A DNA stretch of 64,000 nt from Octopus vulgaris (Eukaryota): positions 60,636,001-60,700,000 of the forward strand of contig OX597826.1 in the NCBI GenBank assembly GCA_951406725.2, written 5' to 3'. Shown here one piece after another: positions 45,448 through 62,190 of this stretch (its first letter is position 1; each line of letters starts with the position of its first letter). The notes under the pieces are model-generated. The model ran no database searches. It saw only the letters and a list, made by a program, of their open reading frames with translations, and was not told where the DNA came from. A program made the position numbers and the translations under genes.

Positions 45448-47422
45448 CAGCGCACAGAAAAACACAACAGACATTTAACTAATTAGTTTTTATATGAGTA
45501 TTTGCTGTACATGCAAATATACACGCAAGGCAATTACAAACTGGATGTGCACACATAAAAGATACATAATACACATGCACACACATACGTCTAGAATTAT
45601 TTGAAATAAAAGAACGACCTCAATATTAGCTTCAAAATTCACCCAAGGCTAGGACCATGGGCCATACGTCTCCTACCCCATTCAGGACCACAGCACAAAA
45701 AATACACTGCAACACAATTTCTTTTCCTCAACAGGCCCTTCCCTCTGGACAAATTTCTACAAGGGATACTAGATAAGCGACCTACACATGGATACAACTC
45801 ACTCAACAAGTACTCCCTACGCGAATAGTCTGTGATACAAAACTTGACTTAAAAATGGCCTGCACCAATCTTTAGTCGAAACATATCTAACTTTACATTA
45901 AAGTTATTCGAAGTCTTGATGCTGGATTCACTGTGTCGTTTTTCTTTTCACACGCATGACCCTGTGGTTTGGAAGTTTGCTTCGCAACCTCGTAGTTTCG
46001 ACCTGTGGCGTCACCTCCAGCTCATTCGTCTGCGATAGCAGTGTACCGACCAATTTCCTTGTGAGTGAATTTGGTAGATTGAAACCGCGCGAAAGCCGGT
46101 CTTATTTATTAATCTTCCTGACTAACTATATTTGTTCACCTTCCTGTAAGTTAGCAGTTCAACCCACAGTACCTAAAAATATGTACCAGACTTAAATTGT
46201 AATTAGGGTTTCGATTTGAATGGATTAACTTTTTTTTTTAATTTCTTTTTGTTCTTTGGTTAGACATAAGATCTCATGGTCTGGGATATTTGAATTACTG
46301 ATACAGACATTGCTCCTTAGCTCGGTGATTTAGGATCGATCTTATTATACACTACTTTGAATATTTTTTCTAATTTCGACAGAAGGCAAGAAATTTCAGT
46401 GGGAGGGAGGGGCCAGTTTCATCGGCTCCAGTGCTTGACTGGTACTTTATTTTTGTCGATCCTGAAAAACATTAAAGGCAAAGATGGACTCATTTGGACG
46501 CGAACTCAGAACGTAAAGGGTCGGAATGAATGCCCCTAAGCATTTTCCACTACGTGCAAACAATTCTACCTGGTCCCTCTATTTCAATACTTTAAAAATT
46601 GTCATGCATCATAACCCCAGGCTGAATATATCCGTCTCAGTGAAATTTAGTTGACGGAAAATGTGCAGAATCTCGTAGGTTACATCGTTTGTGTAATTGA
46701 ACAAAAAAGTTTATTTCCTCGACAAGTTTCAATATCACTTCTTGGCCCCTCAGCAATGTACATTCTGTGGCGCGTTTTCGAACGATAACGATAATACAAG
46801 GAAAGCTTCCGCCCCTAACCGCGCGAACACTTCAACTCAACAAGACCATGAGAAGGTGCAGGGGTGATATTCAACACATGATAATACGAAAATCGTATCG
46901 CAATTTTGTATATATAGCAATACAATTTCCAACATTATGACAGTCTACTTGTCCTTCAAATTTAAAACAGTAAGATGTCATTACAAAAGATTAGGTGGCT
47001 AATTTTAGCATCTTAGTTGATAAAATAGACACCTTCGGGATGGGTTAGTCAAAGGTAACATAAAGAAACAAAATTCGGTCTGTTCCATAGAAGAATCATT
47101 TCTTAAATAGGAAAATTGATTTATCTTGCACCTACGTTAAAGATCAATATTATCCCGAGCAATTACAAATAACAAATTAAATCATAATTGCTGCTTAGAA
47201 TGTTAATTAAAAAACCATTATCATAGCAATTTCTTTTATAGGAATGTTAATTAAAATGTTCTTTTCATCAGGAAGCTTTTATGTTTGTATTGATGTTGGA
47301 AAAGAAATCTTACTATGAAATGGAATAATGTATACGTCAGATTTGATTGCAATACCATTATATATATATATATATATACATATATATGTATGTATATACA
47401 TACACACACACACATATATATG

Positions 47423-47494
<72 letters not shown>

Positions 47495-48275
47495 TATACA
47501 GATATACATAAATAGATATACATATATATACACATACATATATATATATATATAGGCATATATTTATATACATATAATGATAATAATGTTTATATATATA
47601 TATGTATATATACATACAAGTTTGCATATGTATGTATATTGTATATGTGTATATATGTGTTTGTGTGTATGTGCGTATGAGAGTGTAGGAGTGTGTATGT
47701 TTGTGTGTATGAGTGTATATTACATTTCTCTATTTTCTTTGCTACAACCTCCATTACTATGATTAATTAGTCGTAACACCTCACAGCGTGTGACGTAATA
47801 TATTATGTGTACTTCAAACATAGTGATGTTTCGGGTATCATTTACAGGCGCGGGGTGGGATCGTTGGCAGGTTGATTAAACCTGAAGTTAATGAAACTAT
47901 ATGATTAGGACCTGAGCAACTGTAATTAAATTTTCTTCTGGATGGCTCGGTCTACCTGAGTGAAATGCTCTTTGATTGAAACGTTGAGCTTTATTTAATC
48001 CACGAATCGGTGTCATAATCATCGTCGTCATCGTGACCAACTTCATCATCATCATCATTCACTGAAGTATCAACATTACTAGTAGTATTAGTCGTAGTAG
48101 CAGACGGCGTCGTCGCCATGGTAATTGTAGTAGTAATGGTAAAGAGAGGATAAGGAGGTGGCTGATGTGAAGGAGTATAAAAATTTATAAATATCTTTCA
48201 TGGGTAGACGCGTGAATATCAGGTATTATTTTATTCTTTTACTCTTTTATCCTTTTACCTGTTTCAGACATTTGA

Positions 48276-48378
48276 AAGCTAAAGTCGACCTTGGCGGAAT
48301 TTGAACTCAGAACCGAAGACAGACGAAATGCCGCTAAACATTTCGTCTGGCGTGCTAACGATTCTGGCAGCTCGCCGC
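48276..48378 (-). mobile_element. SINE family B head fragment
   Basis: aaagtcgaccttggcggaatttgaactcagaac..gcagctcgccgcc. Confidence 0.8.
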
Positions 48379-48380
48379 CG

Positions 48381-48830
<450 letters not shown>

Positions 48831-49008
48831 TGGAATTATGAGTTAAGCTAACTTCGGTGCTTGACTGGTACTTTATTTGCCGACGCTGAAAAGATTAAAC
48901 TCTAATTTGATCCGCAATAACAATACGCTTTCCCTACCATTTCTTCATCTTTTTTTTTGTCGTTCAGGATGAATTTCTAACTCAAAACTCCTTATTCCCT
49001 TATAGCCA

Positions 49009-49524
<516 letters not shown>

Positions 49525-50279
49525 CTGTTACCTTCCATTTCTTGTTCTATCTCTTTATCGCACCATCTCTCTCGTTTCTTTGTGTTTTTATGTTGCTTAT
49601 TCTTTCGTCCCAATTTTCCCACCGTAATCCCCATAACTTTCCAGAATTCTACATTCGCCATTTTCGTTTCACCGTCAGTAAGTTCTTTACTCCACAAACC
49701 TCACCACCACTAATCCAAACCTCAAGCTCTAAACCCTAAACCCCAAACCCCAAACCCCAAACCTTAGACCTAAACCAACTTCAGAATTAGCTACCTCGTC
49801 CGACCCCATCTCTTTCCCACGCCATCCCTTTTCGGCACTCCAACAGAAACTATGGTATCGCATATCACAATACAGCATAACACAAGCAAACACACACATT
49901 TCTCAAAGAAACACGTACACACACATTAATTTAAGCATTCCTGCATACACATACATACACGCATGCACAAACGTATGTAAAATACATAGAGATTTTCATG
50001 CCCTTCGCACACATGCACACATGCATACACACACATACACATGTATAAACATAACAAAAACATATATATATGACAGATATATACATACCTCTCATACAAA
50101 CACAAGCACACACGCGCTTATAAACATACACGCTGGTCGTGCGTACGAAGCAAACACGTAGTCACACCAATCTACACATCATACGGCATATAACAACACA
50201 CAGAACAGACGCTGAGACACTTATCACGCATGCACGCACACACATCCTACATATATGCACAGGCATGTAAACACGCACA

Positions 50280-50321
<42 letters not shown>

Positions 50322-50507
50322 CACACACACACATAGAGAAAGAGGCGCGCATGCATGCCATACATACTCAAGCAAGCATATAATTACGTAGGCCTACAAC
50401 CCACAAAGACACACAGACGTCATATACAATCAAGAATATACACAAACACAGAGACATACATACACCTATATAGACATATATGCTCACCCATTCGTAGGCA
50501 ACCACAC

Positions 50508-50556
<49 letters not shown>

Positions 50557-50967
50557 AATATATGCACATACCATTTAGTTCTATACTCACACCCACCATT
50601 CATATATATACATGTATACGCATATACAAACTCTGTATGTTATATGCAAACACATACACAGTAACAAAGACCTTCACGCCACAAATACACAAACACACGT
50701 CACAAAAAGACATGCATGTTTGGATGCACATACATGCACACATATTCGTACACACACACACACATACATATATATATTCCTATAAGCATATACAAACTCT
50801 AAATGTTATACATACTCAAACAGAAAGAGACAGGCATTGCAAGCGCATATGAAACTTTATCATACACATACACACACAGAAGCAAACCCATTCAATTTCA
50901 CATACAAATCATACACATCACAAACACATACGCGAATGGCATACACGCACACACTTACGCACAAACA

Positions 50968-51007
<40 letters not shown>

Positions 51008-51370
51008 GCCCTCACGTCATACCCAATGACACACGTCATATACAAACAGGAATATACAGAGACACAGACACAACGACACAACAGACTACACATATTACGG
51101 TTTCTGCGCCAAGCCCTCCACATACCCCTAAAACTTTGCCATTCCATGCCTTGACCTGCTCTACCACGCCCATGTCATGCCATAGCCGCAACCTTTTTCT
51201 GTCTTGTAGAATTACAGAAAATGACTTAACCCCGGCAGTTGACGATATGTAATGGTAGTCTTCGAAGATTATTCCGCTGCTGTTTTACGTTTACACGTGG
51301 CATTCATTTTGCCTTAACATTTTAGCGATATTGAGTATACACTACATACGCATATATATACATAGATACA

Positions 51371-51409
<39 letters not shown>

Positions 51410-51420
51410 ATGTATGTATG

Positions 51421-51461
<41 letters not shown>

Positions 51462-51719
51462 CGTACATATATATTTAATAATACGTATATATATATGTGC
51501 ATATATACACGTATATATATACATATATATACACACATAAATACATACGTAAATACAGTAAATATATATATATATATATGCATTTTTGCAGTCACAGTAT
51601 TCTCACGTGCGTTGGCTTCTTTATACATCTGTGTATAAAATAAGCGTTTGTGTGTTTATATGTGTGTATATATATATATGTGTGTGTGTGTGTGTGCATA
51701 TATATGTGTACACATATAT

Positions 51720-51771
<52 letters not shown>

Positions 51772-52351
51772 TTTATACAAATATATACGTATATTAATAT
51801 TTATATTATGTACATTATGCACATAATATACACATCTACATTAATGTATGCGTATATATATATTTATATATATTCATATATATATACACATTTATTTAGA
51901 TAATATATATATATGTATATATTTATATATGTATATATATATATATATATGATCTCAACTTTATTGCAACAAACTTTGACACAACGTTCACTCCTCATCC
52001 CTTTTCAACCAAATACTCGGCTGATTCCACGATACCCGCTTTCGTCCTACCATCACTTAGCGTTCCTGCTGGCTGAGATACACATTAACAGATTGAGAAA
52101 CTCTGGAAAGGCTTTCAGTGTGTCCGACAATGCGCGCGCATATACGTAAGCGTATGTACACAGTCATAAAACGGCGGCGCGCACCCACACGCATACATGC
52201 ATGGTAACAGACTTACGTAAGAAAAAAGCCAAATAAAATGTAGATAAACCTACGCACAAGTGTAAACCAGTGCAAATGAACATATTTACACGCATTTACA
52301 CCGAATACACACATGTGTATAAGCACGCATACACACACACGCATACATATA

Positions 52352-53075
52352 TTGGGTCATGCCATAAATAATGCGGCTTTTTCAGCTGCATAAACCAAAA
52401 GAGGTGAGGACGTGATAAACTACCTGCATCAACTTACTATAAAAGCAGGTAGTAATTTTACCTTTGTATCTATTCTTAGTGCAATTTTGAAGAGTGGACT
52501 TCGATTTTAACAGTTATATTTTTCAAACCTATAATGGAAGAGACAGAGGAGCATATTCGGCATATTTTGCTTTATGAATTTAATAAAAGCAACAACGTAA
52601 CGGGAAGTGCGTGGAAAATGAAAGTAGTATATAGGAATCGGACAATAATCGTAAGTCAGTATCAACGTTGGTTGCAGAAATTCCGACCAGAAAGCTACAG
52701 CCTAGAAGACAAGCATCATCCTGGAAGATCTTTAGAGCTCGATGAGGACGTCCTGCAATCCCCGGGGGACCAAAATCCCATCGTAGCTGTTGGCGAATTA
52801 GCGGAAAAGCTTTGGATTTGGTCATTCCACCATTCATAGACACCTGCGTGCTATCGCAAAAGTCATCAAATTGGGTCAATGGGTTCCCCACAAACTTTCC
52901 GAGTCTAATCGCTGGCAGAGAGTGACGTATGCTCTTCTTTGCTGTCACGTCTTTTTTAGACCGAATAGTGACTGATGACGAGAAATGGGTTCTCTATAAA
53001 AATGTCAAGCGCCGAAGACAGTGGCTAGGGAAAGGAGAAACCTCGGCACACCATACTAAAGAAAGTCTACACCAC
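52352..53075 (+). pseudogene. Mariner (DD34D-type) transposon 5' half, frameshifted transposase
   Basis: TA + TIR ttgggtcatgccataaataatgcgg; EHIRHILLYEF, SLED..PGR, KLGQWVPHKLSE, FLDRIVTDDEKWVLYKNVKRRRQW; truncated at ~53075. Confidence 0.92.
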
Positions 53076-53265
53076 GTAACGTGTCGTTATCTAGTTCTAT
53101 ATTTCAGAGATGAGGAATTATGTACGTTATTTACATTTTACGGATATTTGTCCTCATCTTGTTTGTTGTTAACGCAACGTTTGGGCTGATATACTCTCCA
53201 GCCTTTATCAGGTATCTTGGGGAACTTTTGAACCTGGGTTCTCATTCCTAAAGAATTTATCGATG
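53076..53265 (-). mobile_element. Repeat with decayed minimal HHR at the mariner breakpoint
   Basis: Minus 53174-53213: CTGATAA-A-GGCTG-(10 nt)-CAGCC-CAAAC-GTT; two core substitutions. Confidence 0.5.
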
Positions 53266-53304
53266 TTATTATTATTATTATTACTATTATTATTATTATT
53301 ATTA

Positions 53305-53368
<64 letters not shown>

Positions 53369-53514
53369 CCTTCAGGTCACTGCCTGGAATCGGACTCAGA
53401 ATCTTAGTTTCCATATGGCCGATCGCTTGAGTGTTCAGGTGGAATTCTGTTGTTTTGATTCAGAGACGGTAAGCATGCAACACTACGTCCGGAGAAAATG
53501 ACAAGTTGTTACTT

Positions 53515-53882
53515 AGACACACGCCACCTTAATTTAATTCATCCTTAGTCGAAAGACACCCGTTGTTAATTTCCTGTTATTTGTATTTGTGTACTATTTC
53601 GCCGGTTTTTTTTTCTGTCCTTGTTTCCGTATACATTCACCGCTTTCTTCCAAGGAAACTAATGATCTTAGATTAGTTTTTCCTTGGGGCTAGACAGATT
53701 GGAGCAATCTCGAGTATAACCAGCCGAAATTGCAAAGATAATCTGGAACTCGACTGAGGAAAGATAACTCTGAATGACTCGTCCTTGTTTTCTTTGTATT
53801 GTCTGTCTGGATGTTTTGCGTTCTTGTCCCATTTTTGTATCACCCAAATGTCTGGATGATTTGCGTTCTTGTCCCATTTTGG
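53515..53882 (+). mobile_element. Interspersed repeat family F, copy 2
   Basis: Matches 1996-2345 inverted; CGA-CTGAGGA-A-AGA-TAAC-TCT-GAATGAC-TCG at ~53751-53781; terminal ~44-bp duplication, then (TA)n. Confidence 0.75.
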
Positions 53883-54760
53883 TATTATATATATATATAT
53901 ATATATTGCACTTTATTTATAGGCGCAGGCATGGTTGTGAGGTAAGTAGCTTGCTTACCAACCACATGGTTCCGTGTTGAGTCCAACTGACGATAGCATT
54001 TGAACACAGAATGTAAGGAACAAGAACAAAACTCCACTAAATATTCTACCCGATCCTCTCACTTAAACCAATATTCCACCCTAATAAGAATAATCCTTTC
54101 TACTATAGGCACAAGGACTGAAATTTTAGGGAATAGGACGTATCGATTATATCAATCCGAGTGTTGCACTCGACCCCGAAATAATGAAATGCACAATCAA
54201 CCTGAGTGAAATTTAACTTCAGAATGCAAAGACGGATAAACTGCTAAGCATTTTGCCTGGCGTGCTTAACGATACTACCAGCAGGCCGCCTTACTTTCAT
54301 ACTGCAAATTATTATATAATTATGTAAAAAACATACCTTTGCGCACACTCAGAGAAACGCGTACATGAGGTTCCGCAGTTCACTAGCTCCGGTTTCATTA
54401 GATTTTATCAAGCAGAATTAACATTTCCATTGGTCTTACAGCGAATTTCCACGTTCGTTTCATAGTTCATGGTCTACATGGTTCCATGTACTATTTATTC
54501 CCTTCTTTTTCAAAAAGGGAGGATATAGGTTAAGGATGATGTAGTTGCTATTTCTAGCAATGCAAGAGCCTATGTATAGTAGCGTCGTTTATTCACTTTT
54601 TAGATATACCCATAAGTCTGTATAATGGTTGTATTAGTGTTTGTGTGTGTGAAATACACACACACACACACACACATACACGTGTGTTTGTGTGTATCTG
54701 TACAAGACTACATATATATATACACACATTTAGAAATATTAATATTTTTATTTTATATAG

Positions 54761-54792
<32 letters not shown>

Positions 54793-54806
54793 TAGTATGT
54801 ATTATG

Positions 54807-54857
<51 letters not shown>

Positions 54858-55536
54858 CATATTTTCATGCATACACACAGCCATACATTTGTGTGCGTGT
54901 GTGTTTATGCAAATATATGCTTGTACTTTCAAATAAATCTACGTATCCCTGCATGTAGACTATATGCATTGCAAAGTAATATTGCACCCTTTGACACACC
55001 TCCCACCCCAACACCCCCGCTGCACGTGCAAGAAGCGGTCATAGACACCATCATCAGAGGGAAATGTTTTCAGCGGATGCCGTCAGCTATGACCAAACAT
55101 ATAGTTTGGCCGACCTTCCAAATGAGATATTTATCCGTACAACACCTTAAGCTGACCAATCACATCGCCAATCTCGCTGACCAGCCCACCCTAAATACTA
55201 ACTGAAGTGGCTGACTTCCAATCTTCTGCATTAACTAAACGACACTCTGCCACGTTCAAACATATGCTCACACACACAGACACACACACACGCACGGAAG
55301 CACGCGCACACACATCGGGTCACGCACACTGGAACTTGTGCATACATTTGTGCATGCTCTTGCGTTTTCCTTTACATATATGGCATGTGTGTCTGCATCT
55401 GTGACTATACGTGTGTTATGTATACATATACATAAATACATACACACACATATGAATATATATATATATAAAGTATATGTATATATATATATGTGTGTGT
55501 ATATATTTAAGTATATATATGTATATGTATATGTAA

Positions 55537-55592
<56 letters not shown>

Positions 55593-55754
55593 CTATATAT
55601 ATATATTGCTATATATATTATATAAAGTCGTCGATAGCTATGAAAAGGAGAGCATATTTAATGCAGAAATATAGGGACGCTAATAATCGTGTTTTTGCCG
55701 AATCTCACGTCCTTACATACCTGAGCATTATATACACAAGCACACTCGTACACA

Positions 55755-55790
<36 letters not shown>

Positions 55791-56408
55791 AGCACACACA
55801 TACACACAAACACACACAGAGACATGCAGACACACGTGCACAGAAAGAGAGACAGAAGCCACACACGATACGCTCATTGTGCAAACATATACTTACAACC
55901 ATAGCAATCATACATATAATGAAGAGAATAGATAGCCACATACACTCATGCACAACACAGCCATACACAGACATCCACATCATATTGCATTGTGCTGCTC
56001 AAATTTAGGGGTATGTTCTCTAGGATCTATTTTCTACGCCATAACTATATATGTTGTTATTATATAGCCTGACATAGCAATTATTTTAATACATACCACA
56101 ACGCCAAAATGTACGCGCATGTATGTCTCCCTCACAGTATCTCTGTCTGTCTCTTTATATTTCCTACTGTTTCTCTCTCTTTCTCTCCTCATAAAAAAAT
56201 ATATATGCATAGATATAAACACACACACACAAACACACACATATATATATATGTATTATATGTACATGCATACTGGTACTTCGTTCGTTCCCTAGAAGTG
56301 GAAGGAACCACAGTTAAAGTACTCATAACATGATGAAGGGAGTATATTAATTTAGCGATAAGTGTCCCCGGCAGGAGCAATACCGTTATACATATATATT
56401 TAGAGAGA

Positions 56409-56455
<47 letters not shown>

Positions 56456-56456
56456 A

Positions 56457-56604
<148 letters not shown>

Positions 56605-56613
56605 ATATGTGTA

Positions 56614-56778
56614 CATATCTATCTGTCTATCTATCTATCTCAACTGTTGGATTGGTGTTTCACACATACACATATCTATCTGTCTATCTATCTATCTCAA
56701 CTGTTGGATTGGTGTTTCACAGATACACATATCTATCTGTCTATCTATCTATCTCAATTGTTGGATTGGTGTTTCACG
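56614..56778. repeat. Minisatellite, 57-bp unit x3
   Basis: caaYtgttggattggtgtttcac at 56641, 56698 and 56755. Confidence 0.92.
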
Positions 56779-57215
56779 CACACACACACATACACATATA
56801 CACACATACACACACATATGATGTGTGTAAGTGTGTGTGTACACTATAAATCTGTGCTAATATTTGATTCGCTATTCTGTCATCCGGAGTGCCTGATATA
56901 GTAGTTAAATCTTCTTTAAACTCAATCCTACGTTTTCAAAAAAGTGAAACTCTGATAGAAAAGACTTATGATAAAAAAAAAGCATTGCAGGGATGGCAAC
57001 CAAATTTGTTTATATCTAGAACAATATAAGTCAATGTGTCCTTCTTTTGCAGTAGGTTGCAATATACAATTTTCACAGTTCTTTCGAGCATGCTGAGTGA
57101 TGGCTTAATACCTTTCTCTTTGGCTTGACACGACGCACTCGTTGATCTCATCTGTATTAAGGAAACACAAAAGTCGATTTAATGTCTGGAATTTGTTGGC
57201 AAAAATATTCTTATA

Positions 57216-57613
57216 GGCGCAGGAGTGGCTGTGTGGTAAGTAGCTTGCTAACCAACCACATGGTTCCTGGTTCAGTCCCACTGCGTGGCATCTTGGGTAA
57301 GTGTCTTCTGCTATAGCCCCGGGCCGACCAATGCCTTGTGAGTGGATTTGGTAGACGGAAACTCAAAGAAGCCTGTCGTATATATGTATATATATATATG
57401 TGTGTTTGTGTGTCTGTGATTGACCCCCTAGCATTGCTTGACAACCGATGCTGGTGTGTTTACGTCCCCGTCACTTAGCGGTTCGGCAAAAAGAGACCGA
57501 TAGAATAAGTACTGGGCTTACAAAGAATAAGTCCCGGGGTCGATTTGCTCGACTAAAGGCGTGGCTCCAGCATGTCCGCAGTCAAATGACTGAAACAAGT
57601 AAAAGAGTAAAAG
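57216..57613 (+). mobile_element. tRNA-derived SINE family A, full length
   Basis: Intact head, A/B boxes and tail. Confidence 0.92.
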
Positions 57614-57877
57614 ACTAATAACATTGATTAATTCCCTTTTACGAATCATTGAAATTAGAACTGGTCAGCCACCGGTCAATATTTTTGCCTTCCTTAAGTT
57701 TTGTTGTTTTATATTATCGACTATAGTATCACTAGATCAATTTTTCATTTCAAATTCTGTATAGCGCGGTTGATGAAGTAGGTACCATTGGCACCCACGG
57801 GATTGTCGAATAGACTATACTCAGCTGCTTTTAATGCTTGGCTTTATGCCTATATAACAAAGCGATATATAAATATA

Positions 57878-58246
57878 TTTTCTACTGGAAACACACGGCC
57901 TCAAATTAGTACCAGTGCGTAACTGGTACTAATATTATCGACCCCGAAAGGATGAAACACAAAGTCGACCTAGACGGAATTTGAACTCAGAACTTAACAG
58001 TAGACAAAATACCAATTTCTTTACTACCCACAGGGGGCTAAACACAGAGAGAACAAACAAGGACAGACAAACGGATTAAGTCGATTATATCGACCCCAGT
58101 GTGTAACTGGTCCTTATTTAATCGACCCCGAAAGGATGAAAGGCAAAGTCGACCTCGGCAGAATTTGTACTCAGAACGTAATGGCAGACGAAATACGGCT
58201 ACGCATTTCGCCCGGCATGCTAACGTTTTTGCCGGCTCGCCGCCTT
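57878..58246 (-). mobile_element. SINE family B, about 1.6 units, 18-bp TSD
   Basis: TSD aagcRatatataaatata at 57860-57877 and 58247-58264. Confidence 0.85.
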
Positions 58247-58384
58247 AAGCAATATATAAATATAACGCTGCGTGTTGGCTAGTAAATGCAGCTATAGTCA
58301 AGCCATTGAAACGTTAGTGTTTCGTATCTATACACCAATACATACATATATATATATATATATATACACGCACACACACGCACA

Positions 58385-58474
<90 letters not shown>

Positions 58475-58899
58475 CATGGATTTGGGTTGACAGCAAAGTT
58501 GTCGACTTGAGAATCAAAGGTTTCACATCGAATCAACAACAGTATAATTTGTCTGTGAGAAATACATTTAATAGTGAAACCAATGGTTTCCTTCTAATTC
58601 TTAACTTCCTATTCGCCACACTTCCTCCTTTCAGATTTATTCCATAGGATTGTGAACAAAAGCATTCCAGCTTTGACCGCGTTATTCTTGTTTCGGATGT
58701 AATGTATCTAGGACTAACTTTACTATCTTATGTGCGCATTTTTAGACTTTAGAAAGTTATTTTAGGGATATTTTAATGATAATTCTGCGTGATAGATTCG
58801 CTCCTTTGCTCTCATTAATAACTTGGAGTGGCATATGTAACGTAATATTTAATACAAGCAAAACGCCCACCCCGCCCAATGGACAGTGCTGAGTTGTCA

Positions 58900-59239
58900 A
58901 ACATTTAAACCAAATTTTCTCAAAACAACTAACCCGATCGTCCCATAAGCCTCCCCTCTGAGAAACACTGATTTAACCTAAATTTGACACACCAGCAAAA
59001 GAAGAAATAAAGATAGCCTTTTTTCTATTCCAAGAAAAACGATTTTACAAATGCACGTTTCCACGGCTTTATCGATCGCATTCTCACCTGAAATCGATTT
59101 TTATAATTTTTTCAAGACTTATACACGGCCTGATACCGTCGGTATTTACATATCAAATTTGAGCGCAATCGAATGGAGGATGCCCAAGATCCTAGAAGAC
59201 ACACACAGAGACAGAAAGAACGGATTTTATATAATAGAT
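58900..59239 (-). mobile_element. Probable non-autonomous Helitron 5' portion
   Basis: Minus strand starts a|TCTATTATATAAAATCC..tctgtctctgtgtgtgtc..tcaaatttgatatg, typical of Helitron-N 5' ends; no 3' CTAG located. Confidence 0.45.
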
Positions 59240-59863
59240 ATTAACAACTACCACAAAATAAAAACGGTAATACGATTTATTGATAGTGAGCGTTGCGAAT
59301 TAAGGGAACACTTATCTCTCCGGTACAAGAATAGGCAATTGCGATATACAAGAATCCTATCCAAAGAACACGCTTATATTTATTCATTTAATTCGCAGGT
59401 TCGGCAAGTGAAATACCATATGTATTATGAATAAATATCAGGAAACCAGACTAGATATGAATATGGAGGCGACGAATTAGCAGACTCGTTAGAGCGCCGG
59501 GCAATGTGTTTGGCGTCATTTCGTCCATCTTTACGTTCAGAGTTCAAACTCCATCGACTTTGCCGTTCATTGTTTCGATACCGTTAAAAATTCACAAAAT
59601 TGCTGGTCTTGTGCTAAAACTTGAAATCAGTATATATGAAATACGTTAAACAATATTGAAGATGAACCAAAGTAAAAATCTGACAATATTTTTTTTTTTA
59701 AATTTCAGATAACTCATTACTTTTTCTCCCTTTCCAATCGATAATAACAGTAATACACGAGATTCGATTTCATCGATTTATACTCCACCTTGATGAAAAT
59801 ATCTTTTATACATCAATAAATTAAATATTGATTTTAGCTGTAAAATCCTATACATTATATCTG

Positions 59864-59933
<70 letters not shown>

Positions 59934-59947
59934 CATACATACATATA

Positions 59948-60048
<101 letters not shown>

Positions 60049-60061
60049 ATATGTATATATG

Positions 60062-60105
<44 letters not shown>

Positions 60106-60612
60106 TATTATATCTGCAGACATTATATCTGATTTTATATATTATATTATTTTATTTTATATCTGCTGGCATTATATATGTATATGTTCTGGATTTAACG
60201 TTAGCTTTCTATAAATTATGCAAATTATATTGTATAAAAATATAACGACAAATTGGCATGAGATATCTAACATTATTTAATCTTGACGTAGTAAAAACTA
60301 TTTAACAATAAATTTGTATACGAACTACAATAACCTCCATTATTGTTAACATAGAATGCAATAATACGTATATTTTGTATCTTCAAATTTTACCATTGTA
60401 AGATGTAGATATGATATTATATTATTCAAAATGACACACAATGCATTTTAATAACTACTCTATAAGCATTAAAAAGAAATTTCAGATATTATACCATGGC
60501 CTTAGATACGGAAAAGAACAATGTAATGAAATGATATACAACGGAATTCTCCTAAATTTGAATCCGAGACGAACTTAGATGGACAGAACATTTGATGATT
60601 TCATATGTCAAA

Positions 60613-60986
60613 TATTACCTCCGCTTTAATGAAGGTGGAGTTATTGTTTTATTAGTGTTTATTTGTTTGTTTGTTTGTTTGTCTGTGGACAAGATATCTC
60701 AAGAATCGGTTAATGGATTCAGATGGAACTTTCAGGGATGTTTGGCCTCGTGACTGGCACAAACAGATTAGATTTTGGGATCGATCTTGTACCGGACAAG
60801 GATTATGGATTATTTCTCCTGTCTTTTTGCTTAATTTTTGAGAGCCCTCGGGTTCATTTTTAGTATTTTCGTTTGTGAGAGCAGTCGAGTTATTTCAGAT
60901 ATTCTCATCTTAAAAATCATCTCTGGTTAATCATTGAGAAGACGTTGGTTTTGCCTTGGCGGAGGTTGGCGCCTTCTGATTGCTCT
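60613..60986 (+). mobile_element. DINE-1/HINE-like non-autonomous Helentron
   Basis: 5' tattACCTCCGC, nearby partial inverted copy ggtggag, (TTTG)n, 3' GCGGAGGT followed by a decayed short hairpin and T-run. Confidence 0.6.
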
Positions 60987-61669
60987 TTTTAATATTTAGT
61001 TGTTGTTCCTACTGATTAGAGTTAAGGAACATAGGTGAATAAATAAATACTTCAAGATTATGAGAGAAATGTAGATGAAAAGAGCCTCGAAACCCCATAG
61101 AGAAGGATTAGCACATTTTCCACCAAGTAGTCACAAAACGCTACTCGTTTTAACGCCTCTTCATTGTATACTTTTAATAGATTCATCTCTAAAAAAAAAC
61201 TTTTGATAGGGTTAGGGAACGCGGGTGCTTTCGTTACAAAACGGAAAAAACGAAAAAAGTTAGGAGTAGTGCCCTACCTTATTTGATCAAGTTATTAAAG
61301 TATGGAAAAGTGTATGGTTAAAAGTCTCAAGTATATATACAGTCTAGTAGTGCTCAACACACTAGCTCTTGCTCTCTCGACTGTGTGCACTGCACAAAAA
61401 TAAACATTGTCCCACGGGTTACAGCAAACATTTTCCTTCAACATTTAAGGGTTTCCACCCCTTATTCTTACATACTACATACATGCATAAATATACATGC
61501 GTATGTTTATGTGTGCGTCTATGTGTATCAGTATATATCTATTTATATATATATATGTACGATAGGCTACTTTCAGTTTACGTCTATCAAATGCTCTCAT
61601 ATATATGTGTATATATTTATATATACATATACGTATGTCTGTATGCATATATTTATATGTATGTGTATG

Positions 61670-61715
<46 letters not shown>

Positions 61716-61814
61716 TATATGTATGTCAACATATGCCTCAGTGTGCGTGCGCATGTGTGTCTTAGAAGAACAGACGTCGGACATTTTGCGACGACGACGA
61801 CGATGATGATGATA

Positions 61815-61849
<35 letters not shown>

Positions 61850-62022
61850 AACGACGACGGAGTCGACATTGAAGATAGATGTAGATTGGAAACGGATATG
61901 GATGAGAAGGACTGTGAACGATGGTGCTAATGAAATAATTTTGACAAGAAAAATGACGATTTGGTGAGAGCAGAGAAGCAAACAGACAGACAGACATGCA
62001 GACAGACAGATAGACAGAGAGG

Positions 62023-62190
<168 letters not shown>

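Noticed and set aside
49729-49777. Telomere-like (AAACCCY)n run
   Set aside because: Short and irregular, not TTAGGG-type; probably a simple repeat
56614-56778. Regularly spaced repeats resembling a CRISPR array (also 25039-25320)
   Set aside because: Spacers are near-identical, context is eukaryotic, no cas genes; these are minisatellites
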